The notes beneath the pieces were generated by a model that was given only the letters and a program-made list of their open reading frames with translations, ran no database searches and was not told where the DNA came from. A program made the translations under genes and the position numbers. Positions 1 to 12,803 of a DNA stretch of 64,000 nucleotides are shown here, piece after piece. Every line of letters begins with the position of its first letter. Position 1 is the first letter of the stretch. This DNA comes from Azolla caroliniana (taxonomy: Eukaryota > Plantae > Polypodiophyta): contig JBHGNT010000014.1 in assembly GCA_043228905.1 (NCBI GenBank), positions 5,642,001 to 5,706,000 of the forward strand. The letters are read 5' to 3'.

Positions 1-348
1 CTCCCTCGAAGTGGCGTTTGCCGTCCTCGAGTCATCGGCCTCCTCCTTGGCCGTCGTTTCTTCGTAAGACAAGAAGGTGACTTGTTTCGCACCTTCTCTC
101 TCGGTATCGTCATACCGAACCTGAGCCTTTGTATCTGCCACTTCATTAACCCGCATTTGTTGGGAGGTCTCTTCTTCCTCGATCACCATTCGCCTCGGTT
201 TTGTCTCCCTTTTAAGCTTTATTTCTTTTGTTGGTGGCGCGTTGCTGCATCTCGCCCCTCTTCGATCATCCCTCATGGGCCGTCTTGTTGTCGTTGATAT
301 TCTGGCTCGCCCCTTATCATGTAGTCGGCATACACTTTCCATTTTGCT

Positions 349-771
349 TCAATCCTCGATGAGGCTATTTGCACCATCATCTTCTTCGAGTTTGAGGCTG
401 ATGGCCATCCTTTCCATTCGATCGATTGACTTCACGAACATAAGGAACTTATCGACCCCCACCAATCTTTGTTCCTGCTCCGAGAGTTGAGAAAAAATAC
501 GCTCGAAGTCTACGAATGCTTGTGTCGTGCCTTGGTGGGTCTTCGCCGATGTCACCCATTGGTCGAAGTTGTGTAGATCTCGTCCCTTCAGTCTCTCATA
601 GCCATATTCCTCCAATAGAGCCTTCTCGAAAGTCGCCCACAAATTATGAGCTTCTAGAAGCTCTTTTACATCTTTGAAGATCAGTTGAGACACCACCCGA
701 CAAAAGTACTCTAGCCTCAAAGCTTTGTCCACACCATTTGACATTGCCTCCATGAGATATTCGCCATCCAT
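349..771 (-). pseudogene. gag: Gypsy gag fragment
   Basis: Similar to ORF 12902-13798 and starts just downstream of the PBS. Confidence 0.75.
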
Positions 772-792
772 CTTCGTCCTCCCCTGCTGCTC

Positions 793-810
793 TTCACGTC
801 GGGTTCACCA
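793..810 (-). promoter_or_regulatory. Primer-binding site complementary to tRNA-Trp
   Basis: The + strand reads TTCACGTCGGGTTCACCA, the 3' 18 nt (with CCA) of plant cytosolic tRNA-Trp. It lies 5 nt from the LTR. Confidence 0.85.
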
Positions 811-815
811 AATGA

Positions 816-1457
816 TGTCGCAAAGATTCACGCGTGCGTGTGCTACTCGAGCGACCACCGGGGTCTTGGACTAGGGAGGATGTTTGCAGGATTATCGAAG
901 AGATGACGATCAATGTAAGATTAGAGGAAATTTGTTCACTTGAGAAGAAGAAAGATTGTACAGTTGAGAACTAGAAAAATATGAAGAAGATAAAGACAAA
1001 TATAATTATATTGATGATAGTGGTGTTGGTGATATCACATATTAAGCCCCCCTTACACAAGCTCAAGTAGAGGCTTTTATAGGTCTTTCCATGATTGTGA
1101 CATGCACAAAACGATGGGCTAAAACCATGGTTTTGTGCACACGGTTTTGCTTATGTCACACAAACCATGGGTTTAGAACCATGGTTTTGTGCACATGGTT
1201 TTCTATGGTTGTTTCGTCTATAATTCGTATATGAAAAGGAAATACATAAAATCTACACGATATGATAGTTGTCCTAGTGGTAAGGCAGACATCTTGTATA
1301 GTAGAGGTGCAAGGTTCAAACCTTGCTTGCAACCCTCTGTATGAACTCAAGTGCCAGTAGGACTTAGGCTTATTTTCTAAGTGTATGTGCAATGTTGCAC
1401 ATCCTTGGTTTATTCGTCTCACTCGGTTTCACACCGTAGCCGAAAATCGTCACGATA
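816..1457 (-). repeat. 5' LTR of G1
   Basis: Bounded by TGTCGCAAAGATT and AAAATCGTCACGATA, degenerate versions of the G2 termini. TATAAAA on the minus strand at 1075-1081. Confidence 0.8.
1263..1332 (+). ncRNA. tRNA-like Pol III A/B-box cassette in the G1 LTR (not a functional tRNA)
   Basis: A-box-like TGTCCTAGTGG at 1270 with D-arm CCT/AGG. B-box GGTTCAAACC at 1313 in hairpin GCAAGG/CCTTGC. Start-to-start spacing 43 nt. Confidence 0.65.
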
Positions 1458-2055
1458 GCGGGTTGCAAATCTCCTTTATCTTGGTGGTGTAGTCCATAAC
1501 CGACATATCTCTTTGCCAGATGTTGTTTTGCTCTTGCCGGAGCTGCAACTTACAGGTTGTGGTACTCACGGCGAAAATCTTCCGAAGATTTTCCCAAGCC
1601 TCCTTCGGCGTCTTTGCATCCTTGATGTAGCCGAGCATTTGATCGTGCACACATGCCGTGAGGCAGTACAATACTCGGCTTGCTCCTTGCTCCCATGCCG
1701 GGAAGTCCTTGTGTGTCGGCTCCAGTGCCACCTCGTTGGTTCCTTCCACGTAGCTCCAATATCCATGTCCCAACAGGTACTGGTGCATTTTAAAGGACCA
1801 AGACGCGTAGTTGCTCTGATCGAGCTTCTCTGTGGGAAGTGAACTCGCCATACCTCTATCCATACCTTTCTCTGTCTGTCCTTACCGGATATTAGGGTTT
1901 TTCTTCAAAAGCATCTGTCGACTGCAAAGGTTCTCAACCCTCGCGCTTTGATACCATGTGAAAGTTAGCGTGCGGAAGCATTTGACAAACTAGCTCAGCC
2001 GAATAACAACAGAAGATGAAAAGAAAAATCAACACACACAGAGAGTACGCGTACG

Positions 2056-2092
<37 letters not shown>

Positions 2093-2399
2093 AGAATATA
2101 AACTCAATTCAAAATAACACTCTGTAAACTCTGTACATACAATGTGCTAAACAACACTATTTATACAAGTTCTCAAAAGGACTGACAGAAGTATTATGTA
2201 CTTCAATGCTCATACGAGCGACTGACCCTAACTATGAGACAAGGATTACCTAGTAGTCTAGGCTACTACTAGGCTTCCGATTCACACTTGAATCCGGCTC
2301 TCCGATCTGTCTCCCCGATCTGAGCGATTGTTTCCGGATGCCGATCCGGCTCTGGCTTATTCGGCCCATCCGGATCCGGTTGAGCTTGCTTGCTCAACA
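1458..2399 (-). mobile_element. Ty1/Copia A1: 5' LTR 1957-2399, tRNA-iMet PBS 1945-1956, gag start 1458-1863
   Basis: TG...CA LTR, PBS TGGTATCAAAGC and a gag N-terminus (KLDQSNYASWSFKM). It interrupts the integrase-RT linker of A2. Confidence 0.9.
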
Positions 2400-4173
2400 C
2401 TTGCACGGGGAGAGCACAACTAAGTCTCCACTACTCGTCGGCTCTTCATCTAACTAGTCATTCCGACTCAGTAGCTCATTCGGCCCACTTAGCCGGAATG
2501 AGATCGAACTCTCATCTAGAGTACCGAATCCTTCTTCCTCTTCTGCCCGGATCGTTTTGGGCTCACTAGCCTCATCCTCTGGAATCGGGTCAGAGTCAGA
2601 CATCGGAGCCGATAGAGAGTACCATGATGCCGACTCATCAAATTCGACATCTCGGCTCACTCGAACTTGTTTTGTTCGGGGGTTATAGCACTTATAACCC
2701 TTTTGCTCATGTGAGTAGCCTACAAGGATGCACTTCTCTGACTCCGGGTCGAGCTTTCTCCGCTTCTCATCTGGCACATGCACATATGCAATGCTACCGA
2801 ATATCTTAAGGTGCCTTAAATTCGACTTCCGCCCGAAATAAATACAATTCATGCACTGACACCTTATCCCTGATCCAGTTTTGGATGTAGACGGTTGTCC
2901 GGACCACTTTGGCCCAATAGAACTTGGGCATGCTCTTCACTTCCAGCATTGCCCGTGCCGCCTCAACAATCGACCACTTCTTCCTTTTGGCCACACCGTT
3001 TTGTTTCGATGTGTATCAGCATCTGAATTCCCGCTGAATTCCTTTCTGTTGTAGATAACTATTGAATTGGCTGGAAAAATATTCGTTTCCACCATCCGAC
3101 CGCAGGCACTTGATCTTCCTCTCCGTTTCTTGTTCTACAAGACTTTGCTGGTTCCGGAAACAGTCGGAAAGTTCGTTTTTCCTTTAGATTAGGTAGATCC
3201 ATGTGCGCCGGATGTAGTCATCGATGAAGGAGACGAAATATCGGCTCCCGCCAAGACTAACATTCTGTGTCGGTCCCCATACATCTTAATGTATTAGATC
3301 GAGCTTGTTACGGCTCCGGTTTCTTTTGGTGGGGAATGGATGCCGGTGCTGCTTCCCGAGTTGGCTAGCTTCATAAATTTGGGCCTTCCGGCCACTGAAT
3401 TTTGGTAATCTGAAAACAACTTGTTTCGATTGCAGGTCTTGAAGGCTCGGGTAGTTGACGTGGTTGATCTGCTTGTGCCACAAGTCGATATCCAACTCGA
3501 CTTTCTGTTCTTTTGCGAACAAAGCGGTGCCAACGCCATTGGTGTCGAGGATGAACACCCTCCCATCCCGACACCCTTGCGTGATGATTCGGCCCTCTTC
3601 CTTGTTACGAAGGCACTACGGCTCTTTTGTGTGCTCAACGGATCGTGATGTGCTGGATCGTTTAGTGCTCAAGACAGAAAGGGGGAAGGGGAAGGAGGCT
3701 TACCTCTGCACAATACAAAAAGCTTCTACTTCATTTACACGCAGAGCTCAACTCGCTCTCGTTAGTTTTCTGTTTTCTGTTCTTACAACTCTCTGCACTA
3801 CTCTCACTCTTCTACACTTCTACTTTTCTACTTACTACCTAAGTTATAAGTGACATATATGCAACTAATTAGATGCCAGTAATTAATTAGTTGTCTATAG
3901 GTAAATAGATGTCAGTAGCTAAATAACTGTGCATAGCTAAATAGTTGTTTCACCTTTATGTCCACTAGTAGCTAATTAGCTAATAGCTACTATAGCTTAT
4001 TTCTGAATAAGCATCACATAGCTTTGTTGAGCTTGCTTCTCAACACTCCCCCTCAAGCTCAACTTATCCTTTCTTTGGATCATGTTGAATCTTCTTTTCT
4101 TCATGCTTTTCAGCTACCATGCCGATGGTTATAACTCCCATCATGTCTGTAAAATGTATATGTTTTTCCATGC

Positions 4174-7100
4174 TCAATCCCTCATAAGAATATCAGCCAC
4201 TTGCTGATTTGTACTTACATACAACAGATCCACTTCTCCATCAATCACTTTTTCTCTAACAAAGTGATAATGCACTTCAATGTGCTTTGTTCTTGCATGG
4301 AACACTGGATTTTTTGCCAACTGAATGCTGCTCATATTGTCACACCAAATTGTGACAGCAGCATCTATATACTCTCCCAAATCAAAAAGCAATCTTCTGA
4401 TCCTTACCTCTTTACAGGTAGCTATTGCAGTTCCTCTATATTAAGCTTCAGTACTTGATAGTGCAACAATAGCTTGTTTCTTGCTACTCCATGAAATGGT
4501 TGCACTTCCCAATGTAAACATATATCCACTTGTGGATCTTCTGTCAGTTTGGCTTCCAGCCCAATCAACATCTATATATCCTTCCAGCTTTATGTCCAGA
4601 TCAGCCCTGTAAAACAATCCATAGTTTTGAGTAGCTTTTACGTACCTCAAAATTCTTCTTATGTAGTCCAAATGTGGCTTTGTTGGCTGTTGCATAAATT
4701 GGCTGACTAATCCAACAACATAACTCAAATCAGGTCTTGTTATGGTCAAATATATGAGGTTGCCCACCATAGACCTGTACATGTTTACATATTCTATTTT
4801 GGCTCCCAAATCAACCCTCAATTTGCAGTTCTTATCTAGTGGTATACCAATAGGTTTGCATCCAAGTGTACCATACTTCTTCAACATAGTTGTTGCATAC
4901 TGTTTTTGCAACATATATATACCACTCTCAGATCTTATCATCTCAATGCCAAGAAAGTATCTCAACTCTCCCAAATCCTTCATCTAAAATTGCATTTCCA
5001 GATTTTCCTTCAACTTACTTATCTCTTCCATAGAATCACCTCCAATGATTAGATCATCAATATATATCAAGATCAAATCAATGCAATCATTTATCTTCTT
5101 TATATATAATGATGGATCAACCTTTGACATTTTGAAAGATTTTTTTTTTCAGAGATTCTGAAAGTTCCCTGTGCCATGTTCTCGGTGCTTGTTTCAGTCC
5201 ATGGAGAGCCTTTTTCAGCCTACATACATATTCTGGATGCTTCTTGTCTTCAAAACAAGTGGAAAACATGCAAGACACAAAAAAATATGATGATAGAAAG
5301 GGAAAACAGAAGATGCCAGAGTATGAAATGCTTGATGATGGATCTAGAAACATGGAAGATGTAGATTCAGATACATCATTGGATGATGAGCTTGGTATAG
5401 GATCCTTGAAAATCCTTGGTATGGAAAGGGCAATGACGGATGCAAATCAGAAACTAAGAAGATCAGATAGACAAAAAAAGTTTGTTGAAAGATTTGGCTA
5501 TGACACATATACGGCTATGCATTATGCATACATGTCTAAAGTGGTACAAATCCCTGATCCAAACAACTTTGATGAAGCAAAAGCTGAGAAAAAATGGGTG
5601 AATGCAATGCAAGAAGAAATAGATGCATTGGCTGAAAACAGGACATGGGATTTGGTAAAGTTACCAAAAGGAAAAAATGTGGTAGGTTGCAAATGGGTCT
5701 ACAAGACAAAGCATGATTCAAATGGAAATGTTAGTAGACATAAAGCAAGACTTGTGGCAAAGGGATATGCCCAGATGCATGGAATTGATTATGATGAAAC
5801 ATTTGCACCGATTGCAAAGATGGCAACATTGAGAACAATACTTGCTATAGGTGCAGCCAAAAGATAGGTTCTGCATCATATGGATGTAAAAAATGCTTTT
5901 TTGCATTAGATTCAGACTTACTACATGAGCTTCCAGATGGTCCAGTACATTCCATTGATGTTGAACTTTGTTGTCCAACATTGCCTCCATTTCCATGGCA
6001 ATCTCTTCCATTTTCAGATTTTTCTCTGTCTTCATTTTCACAGTCTTCATCAGTTTCTACATTCTCTTTTGGGATGTACCAGCTGCTCAACTCATCAAAT
6101 ATTACATCCCGACTTACCACAATCTTTTTTGTCAAAGGGTTATAGCATCTATACCCTTTTTGCTCCTCTGAATATCCAACAAAAATACATTTTTCAGCTT
6201 TTGGATCAAGCTTACTTCTCACTTCAGCAGGTACATGGACATAGGCAAGGCATCCAAACACTTTCAAGTGTCCTAAGCTAGGTTTCCTTCCATAGAAGCA
6301 TTCTTTAGGAGTTACCTCATGTACTCTAGATGTTATACACCTATTTAGAATGTAGTTTGTTGTGTTTACAGCTTCTGCCCAGTAATACAATGACATATTT
6401 TTTTCTGTCATCATGACTCTTGCTATGTTCACCAAAGTTCTGTTTTTTCTCTCAGCAACTCCATTTTGTTGTGGAGTATATCTACATGTAAACTGTCTCC
6501 TTATCCTTATCCCTTGATTACATAGAAACTCAGAAAACTCATTTGAGAAGTATTCTCCTCCTCCATAAGATCTTAGGCATTTTATTCTGGTTCCAGCTTG
6601 CTTTTCCACCATACATTTAAACTTATGAAAGCAATCAAATACTTCACTTTTTTCTTTCATGAAGTAAACCCATGTTTTCCTTGAGCAATCATCAATGAAA
6701 GTTACATAAAACTTACATCCACTAATTGATGCATTTTTTGTTGGTTCCCATACATCTATATGTACCAAATCCAACTAAGTTTTGCTTACATGTCTTTCAT
6801 GAGGGAAAGACAACTTGTTTTCCTTTCCATATTGACATGCTTCACATATTTTTCCCATCTCACAGTCTTTCAACTTAGGCAGTCCATCCACTACATCTTT
6901 CCTCAACATATTTTTCAATGTTTGCATACTTATGTGACCGATTCTTTTATGCCACATTTCCACTTCTGAGATTACACTCATACCTTCTGTAAACATGGTT
7001 GTAAACATCCACATCTAACACAAACATCCTTCCTTCTTGTTTTCCTTTTGCAATGAGCTTTCCATTTTTCTCTATGAAGCATCCACTTTGCTTAAACTTC

Positions 7101-8375
7101 ACTTGCATTCCTTGCTCTACTATCTGTCCAACAAAAATCAGATTTTTTGCAAGGTTTGGAACATGCATAACATTCAACATATACTTTGTTTTTCCTTTTT
7201 TCTTCCCACAATGGGATATCTCCAGCATGCTCTATTTGGTGAGTAGTATTATCACCTGTCTGTACATAACCAAGAACCTCTGGTTCTCTTAGACTTTCAA
7301 ACCAGTTTTTATGTCCTGTCATATGATTAGATGCCCCAAAATCTACATACCACATAAATTCTTCATTACATATTTGTGAACATTCAGCCACTGCTGCTGT
7401 TTCATGTTGCATCACAAATGCACCATCTTTATCACAGTCTACACAAGTTGAGGCATAATTATTTTGTTGTCTCTTCCCTCTTTTCTCATCATTTTGCTTT
7501 TTATAGCATTCAACTTGTATGTGGCCTGGTTTTCCACAATACCAATAGCCATCATCATTCAAATAGGTTTGTTTACCTCTTCCTCGATTGCTCCCCCTGC
7601 CTCTGATGTTGTTTCTTCCACTTGTAACCTGTTGTCCTCTTCCTTGATAACTGTTGTTGTTGGTTCTAGTTGAACCAAATCTTCCATGGCCTCTTCCTCG
7701 GCCTCTTCCAACACTATTGTAGAGGGCTTGCCCCTCATTCTCCGAGTTTCCTTTGTTTACATCATCCATTTGATTTCTTTCTTCTACTACAAGCATTGAA
7801 ACCAGATCTAGAAAACTTGGGATGCCATCCCTCGTAAGAATAGATGTTTTGAAGCTTTTATATTGAGGTCCTAAGCCTCTTAAGCATATTTCCACCTTAT
7901 CATCATCTTCTACCTTCACATTGATAGAAGCAAGTGATTCACATATGCTCTTTATTTTCAGAGCATACTCATTCACTGACATCTTACCTTTTTCCAAGGT
8001 ATTTAGCTCAGTCTTCACCTGAAGCTTTCTAGCCTTTGTGTTCACTGCAAACAGTTTTACCAAATTGTCTCAAGCTTCTTTTGGAAGCATAACATCCTGT
8101 ATGTGTCCAAGCATCGAATCTGAGATGCTAAGTGAGACCCAATGCAATACCTTTCTTGCCCCTTGGTTCCATTCCTTAAATGCTTTTATCTGTGCAGCAG
8201 ATGCATTTTCTTTAAGGATCTCTGGAGCCTCTTCTAGGTCTCCTTCAATATAATCCCAATATCCTTTCCCCATAAGGAAGTTTGTCATTTTGAATTTCCA
8301 CGCCGAGAAATTGTTTTTATCCAGTTTTTCTGTAACTATTTGGCTTGCATTCTCTACAGCCATTTTCTCTTTCAA
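4174..8375 (-). pseudogene. pol: Copia B gag-pol (gag, zinc knuckle, PR, GAG-pre, IN, RT, RNase H), with stops, frameshifts and an internal inversion
   Basis: Motifs WYCGKPGH, WYVDFGAS, PQQNGVAERKNR, MKDLGELRYFLG, ALSSTEA and RTKHIEVHYHF. Confidence 0.92.
5255..5906 (+). other. Inverted segment of Copia B (IN-RT linker and RT N-terminus)
   Basis: RT motifs (NRTWDLV, KARLVAKG, MDVKNAFLH) read on + while the flanking pol reads on -. Confidence 0.88.
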
Positions 8376-11300
8376 TTAGGGTTAACTTCACAGACAACTC
8401 TCTCTGATTCATATCAGCAACTAGAAACAAACTTCTCAGATCTCTGTACTATTCTAATATGCTTTACGAGCAACTCTACTTTGATACCATGTTATGAAGG
8501 CGCTATGGCTCTTCTATGTGCACAACAGATCGTGATGTGCTGGATCGTTTAGTGCTCAAGACAGAAAGGGGGAAGGGGAAGGAGGCTTACCTCTGCACAG
8601 TCCAAAAAGCTTCTACTTCATTACACGCAAAGCTCAACTCGCTCTCGTCAGTTTTCTGTTTTTTGTTCTTACAACTCTCTGCACTACACTCACTCTTCTA
8701 CACTTCTACTTCTCTACTTACTACCTAAGTTATAAGTGACTGTTGAGAGGCAAGCTCAACTGGAGCCGGATCGGCTGGGTAAGCCTGAGCCGGCAAGCGA
8801 GGCGGATCGGTAAGCCGGTGAGAAACAGAGCCGGTGAGCTGGGGAACCGGTTAGCCGGATCCAGATGGTAACCGGAGGCCTAATATTAGTTTAGACTACT
8901 AGGCAGTTATTGTTTCGTAGTGAGTGTCAGATGCTTGTGTGAGCATTGAGGTACGCGGTACTTCTGTCAGTCCCACGAGGACTTGTATAAATAGTGCTAC
9001 TGAGCACAGTTGTAAGACACAGAGAGTGAATATATCGTTTTTGAATATAGTTTTTACGTTCTGCTCTCTTTGTGTCTCCCGTGTACTCTGTATATTCCTA
9101 CGTTCTCTGTTTTCTAACGCTTCCGCAAGTAATCGTTTTCATGGTATCAAAGCGCGAGGGTTGAGAACCTCCTCTACAGCCGACAAACGCTTGAAAGCAA
9201 ACCCTAACAGGTCGTAAAATAGCAGACAGAGAAGTGATGGATAGAGGGATGGCTAGCTCGCTCCCTGTGGAGAAACTCGACAGATCCAACTATGCATCTT
9301 GGTCGTATAAGATGCACCAATACCTGCTTGGGCATGGCTATTGGAGTTTTGTCGAAGGAGCCAACGAAACAACACCTGATGCGGCACATAAGGACTTCCC
9401 AGTGTGGGAACAATCGGCAAGCAGAGTGATGTACAGCTTCGCGTCCAGTGTCGGAGACCAGCTGCTGAGCCACATCCGAGACGCCAAGACGCCGAAGGAG
9501 GCTTGGGGGAACCTGAAGAAGGTTTTCACCGCGAGCACTACAGCCCTGAAGCTTCAACTCCGATAGGAGTTGAGCAATGTCCAACAGAAGGACATGTCGG
9601 TGGCGGATTACACGGCCCGGATCAAAGAGATCTGTGACTCGCTTGCCTCTATCAATGTTACCGTAGAGGAAGACGAGAAGGTACAGGTCTGTCTTGGGGG
9701 CCTGGCGTCTAAGTTCAGAGCGTTCCGAGCGGCGGTATGTACAAGGGAGAATATGCCGTCATTTTTCGACTTACAGTCGATGCTCCTTGTAGAGGAGAAC
9801 CATGCCGGTGCGTCAACTAGCGCACCCACGGACAACCGGATGCTGTACACGGAGGTGGATCGGTCCCGTGGGCGTGGTGGACGAGGCGGGTCGGCACGCA
9901 ATGGAGGCGGCCGGCAAGAGCAAGAACGAAGGCACAGAGAACATGTCGACAGCAGTTTCGGGACTTCCACAGGTAGGGGGAGTCAAGGCGGTGCCGGAGG
10001 CCGGCAAGACAAATCTGCAACGGAATGCTAATACTGTGGCAAAAAGGGCCACAGAGAGAGCGAGTGCTGGAGAAAATGCGCTGATTCGGACAAATCCGGA
10101 TTCGGCAAGGCCGGCAAGGATGGCCGACAAAGCTCGCACTACGCGAAGGGATCGGGAGGATCCAAGAACGGTAACGGGCTAGCCTTGCTGATGAAGCACG
10201 AGGCGAACTCGATGAAGAAGATCACTTCCAAATCGGAGGAAGTGTGGTATGTTGATTCTGGTGCGTCGAACCACATGACGAGCCACAAAGAGTGGTTCTC
10301 TTTTTTGGAGAAACCGGATCAACCAGGAGTAGTCGAAACCGGAGACGACACTCCTCACCCAATTGTGCACGTCAGAGAAGTTCCTTTGAGCCACGTTAGA
10401 CAGAAGGGGAAGCTGATGAACGTATTACACGTTCCGACAATCACGAAGAACTTGGTGTCGGTTGGACAGATCGTCGACCAAGGGATGCAAGTGCGGTTTA
10501 CGCACCTCGGGTGCTTCATCGAGGAAGAGGGCCAGATTATTGTGCAAGGGCGCAGAGACGGGAGGATGTTTATCCTCGACACCAATGACGTCAGCACCGC
10601 TCTGTTTGCAAAAGGATAGAAGGTCGAATCGGATAGGCCACGTCAATTACCGGAGGCTTCAAGACCTGCAAGCGAAACAAGTTGTTTTCGGTTTGCCGAA
10701 GTTCAGCGGCCAAAAGGCCCAAGTATGTGAAGCCTGCCAACTCGGGAAGCAACACCGGCTTCCATTCCCTACCGAACGTAACCGGAGCCGTAACAAGTTC
10801 GACCTTATCCATTCGGATGTGTGGGGACTGGCATAGAATGTTAGTCTTGGTGGGAGTTGATATTTCGTCTCCTTCATCGACGACTATACGCGGCATACAT
10901 GGATCTACCTCATTGAGCGGAAGAGTGAAGTCTTCGAGTGTTTGCGGAGTCTCCAAAGCATGGTGGAACGGGAATCGGAGAGGAAGATCAAATGCCTACG
11001 GTCGGATGGCGAGAAAGAATACTTTTCCGGCCAATTCAACAGTTATCTGCAGCAAACGGGAATTCGGCGAGAGTTCAGCTGCAGATACACACCACAACAG
11101 AACGGTGTTGCCGAGAGGAAGAACCGGTCACTTATTGATGCAGCAAGGGCAATGTTGGAGGAGAAGAGCATGCCCAAATTCTACTGGGCGGAGGCAGTCC
11201 GAACGGCTGTCTACATCCAGAACTGGATCGGTGACAAGGTGGAAGCCGAATTTGAGACACCTTAAGATCTTCGGTAGCATTGCATATGTGCATGTACCGG

Positions 11301-12271
11301 ATGAGAAGCGGAGGAAGCTGGATGCAAAATCGGAAAAATGCATCCTAGTCGGCTATGCTCAAGAGCAAAAGGGTTATAAGTGTTATAACCCCCGGACAAG
11401 GCAAGTCCGAGTTAGTCGAGATGTCGAGTTTGATGAATCGGCATCGTGGTACTCCTTACCAACTCCGACTTCCGAATTTGACCCGATGCCGGAGGATGAG
11501 GCTAGTGAGCCTGAACCGGCCCAGGTAGAGGATGATGAAGTGTGGACTCAGGATGAGAGTTCGGAATCATTCCGGTTGAGCGGGCCGAACGAGAGACCGA
11601 GTCACTCTGACCAGTCCGATGAGGAACCAACGAGTAGTGGAGACTTTGCCGTGCACTCCCCGCGCAAGGAACCGAGGAGACGGTTCACACGCAAAGAGAG
11701 GGAGAAGAAGAAGATGCCGGAATTTGAAACCGGAAACGATGAGTCAAGGACGGAAATTGGCGTGTCGTTGTCGTGAAGATTTTCGGCAATTGTGTGAAAA
11801 TCCCATAAAACGTACGAAATCGAGTATGAATCACATAGTACAATAATTGTAAAGATAACATTTTAAATAGATTTAATATCTAAGTACAAAATGATGGAGG
11901 TTTCGAATGCACTTTATTACACGAGAAACGGACAACTAAATGTCAAGATATGAGGGTATAAAGTTTGTGAAAGGAAAAGAGAAAATTGTGAGATATCCCA
12001 CATAGGCACGACAAATACAACTCTCATCATATATAAGGTGGAGCAAAAGATATTATCTTTGTGTCTATGTGTGGAGCATAGAGAGTTCAAGGTAACTTGA
12101 ACTAAGAGTGGAGGTGGGCTAGCTACTCGTAAAGGATTTTGGCCAACCAAAACCGGACCGGCGATGGAGCCGGTGATCCGGCATCCGGCGAGACACCGGT
12201 AATCGACGGTATCCGGCGAACTGGTGTCCGGCGACTAGATAAATAAATATATATACATATTTACATATACA

Positions 12272-12346
12272 AGGAGGGCAAGTAAGGATTCAAACCTTGT
12301 ACCTCCAAGTTAGGGGTCAATTGGCTTACCATTAAGCCATGCTATT
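12272..12346 (-). ncRNA. tRNA-like Pol III A/B-box cassette in the G2 5' LTR
   Basis: On the minus strand: A-box TGGCTTAATGG (12339-12329) in hairpin TGGCTTA/TAAGCCA, and B-box GGTTTGAATCC (12296-12286). Spacing 43 nt. Confidence 0.7.
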
Positions 12347-12803
12347 TAGTTGAAATTATATTTCTATCATTATACTTTTACATGTAAATTCTCATACATG
12401 AGAGCTAAAATGAGTGACATGGTTATCATGCACCACATGTAATACATAAGCGTCAAATGGCAAACATGCAATTTATGCATGTCTTGTACCCTCACATGCA
12501 TCATATGCATGAGAGCATCTATAAAAGAGGGAAGGGGGAGGAGAAAAAACATGGTTTTTTTTTATGAAAATTAAGAGGAAGAAATTCGTTATCAAATTAA
12601 TGGTGTAACTTGTTTCTTAAATCCAAAGATAAAACTTCAATCAATCTTTCTCAATTGTTTAATCTCAACTTCTCTCTTTCCCAATCTATCTTAAGTACTT
12701 TCTCCCCAAAGCTTGTATCGACTCTAAATCCTTCTGGTCCAGAACCCCGACGGTTACGGCTCACAATCCGCGCGTAGTGACGGATCTTCACGACATAATT
12801 AAG

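Larger units (their letters stand above)
1..1457 (-). mobile_element. Ty3/Gypsy element G1 (5' part only; related to G2), inserted in the gag of Copia A1
   Basis: ORF 349-771 resembles the G2 gag (FVKSIDRMERMAISLKLEEDDGANSLIED vs FLKAVDIKDRRELGTLLEDDTQANGLIAD). It has a tRNA-Trp PBS and LTR termini like G2. The Copia gag is cut at 1457. Confidence 0.85.

Noticed and set aside
793-810. tRNA-Trp gene remnant
   Set aside because: Only the 3' 18 nt including CCA, at the PBS position of an LTR element.
1120-1210. CRISPR-like palindromic repeats (AAAACCATGGTTTT)
   Set aside because: Irregular short repeats inside an LTR, with no unique spacers or cas genes, in a eukaryotic context.
1263-1332. Functional tRNA genes (here and at 12272, 19113, 57335, 61211)
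   Set aside because: Acceptor and anticodon stems do not pair; only the D/T arms and promoter boxes remain.
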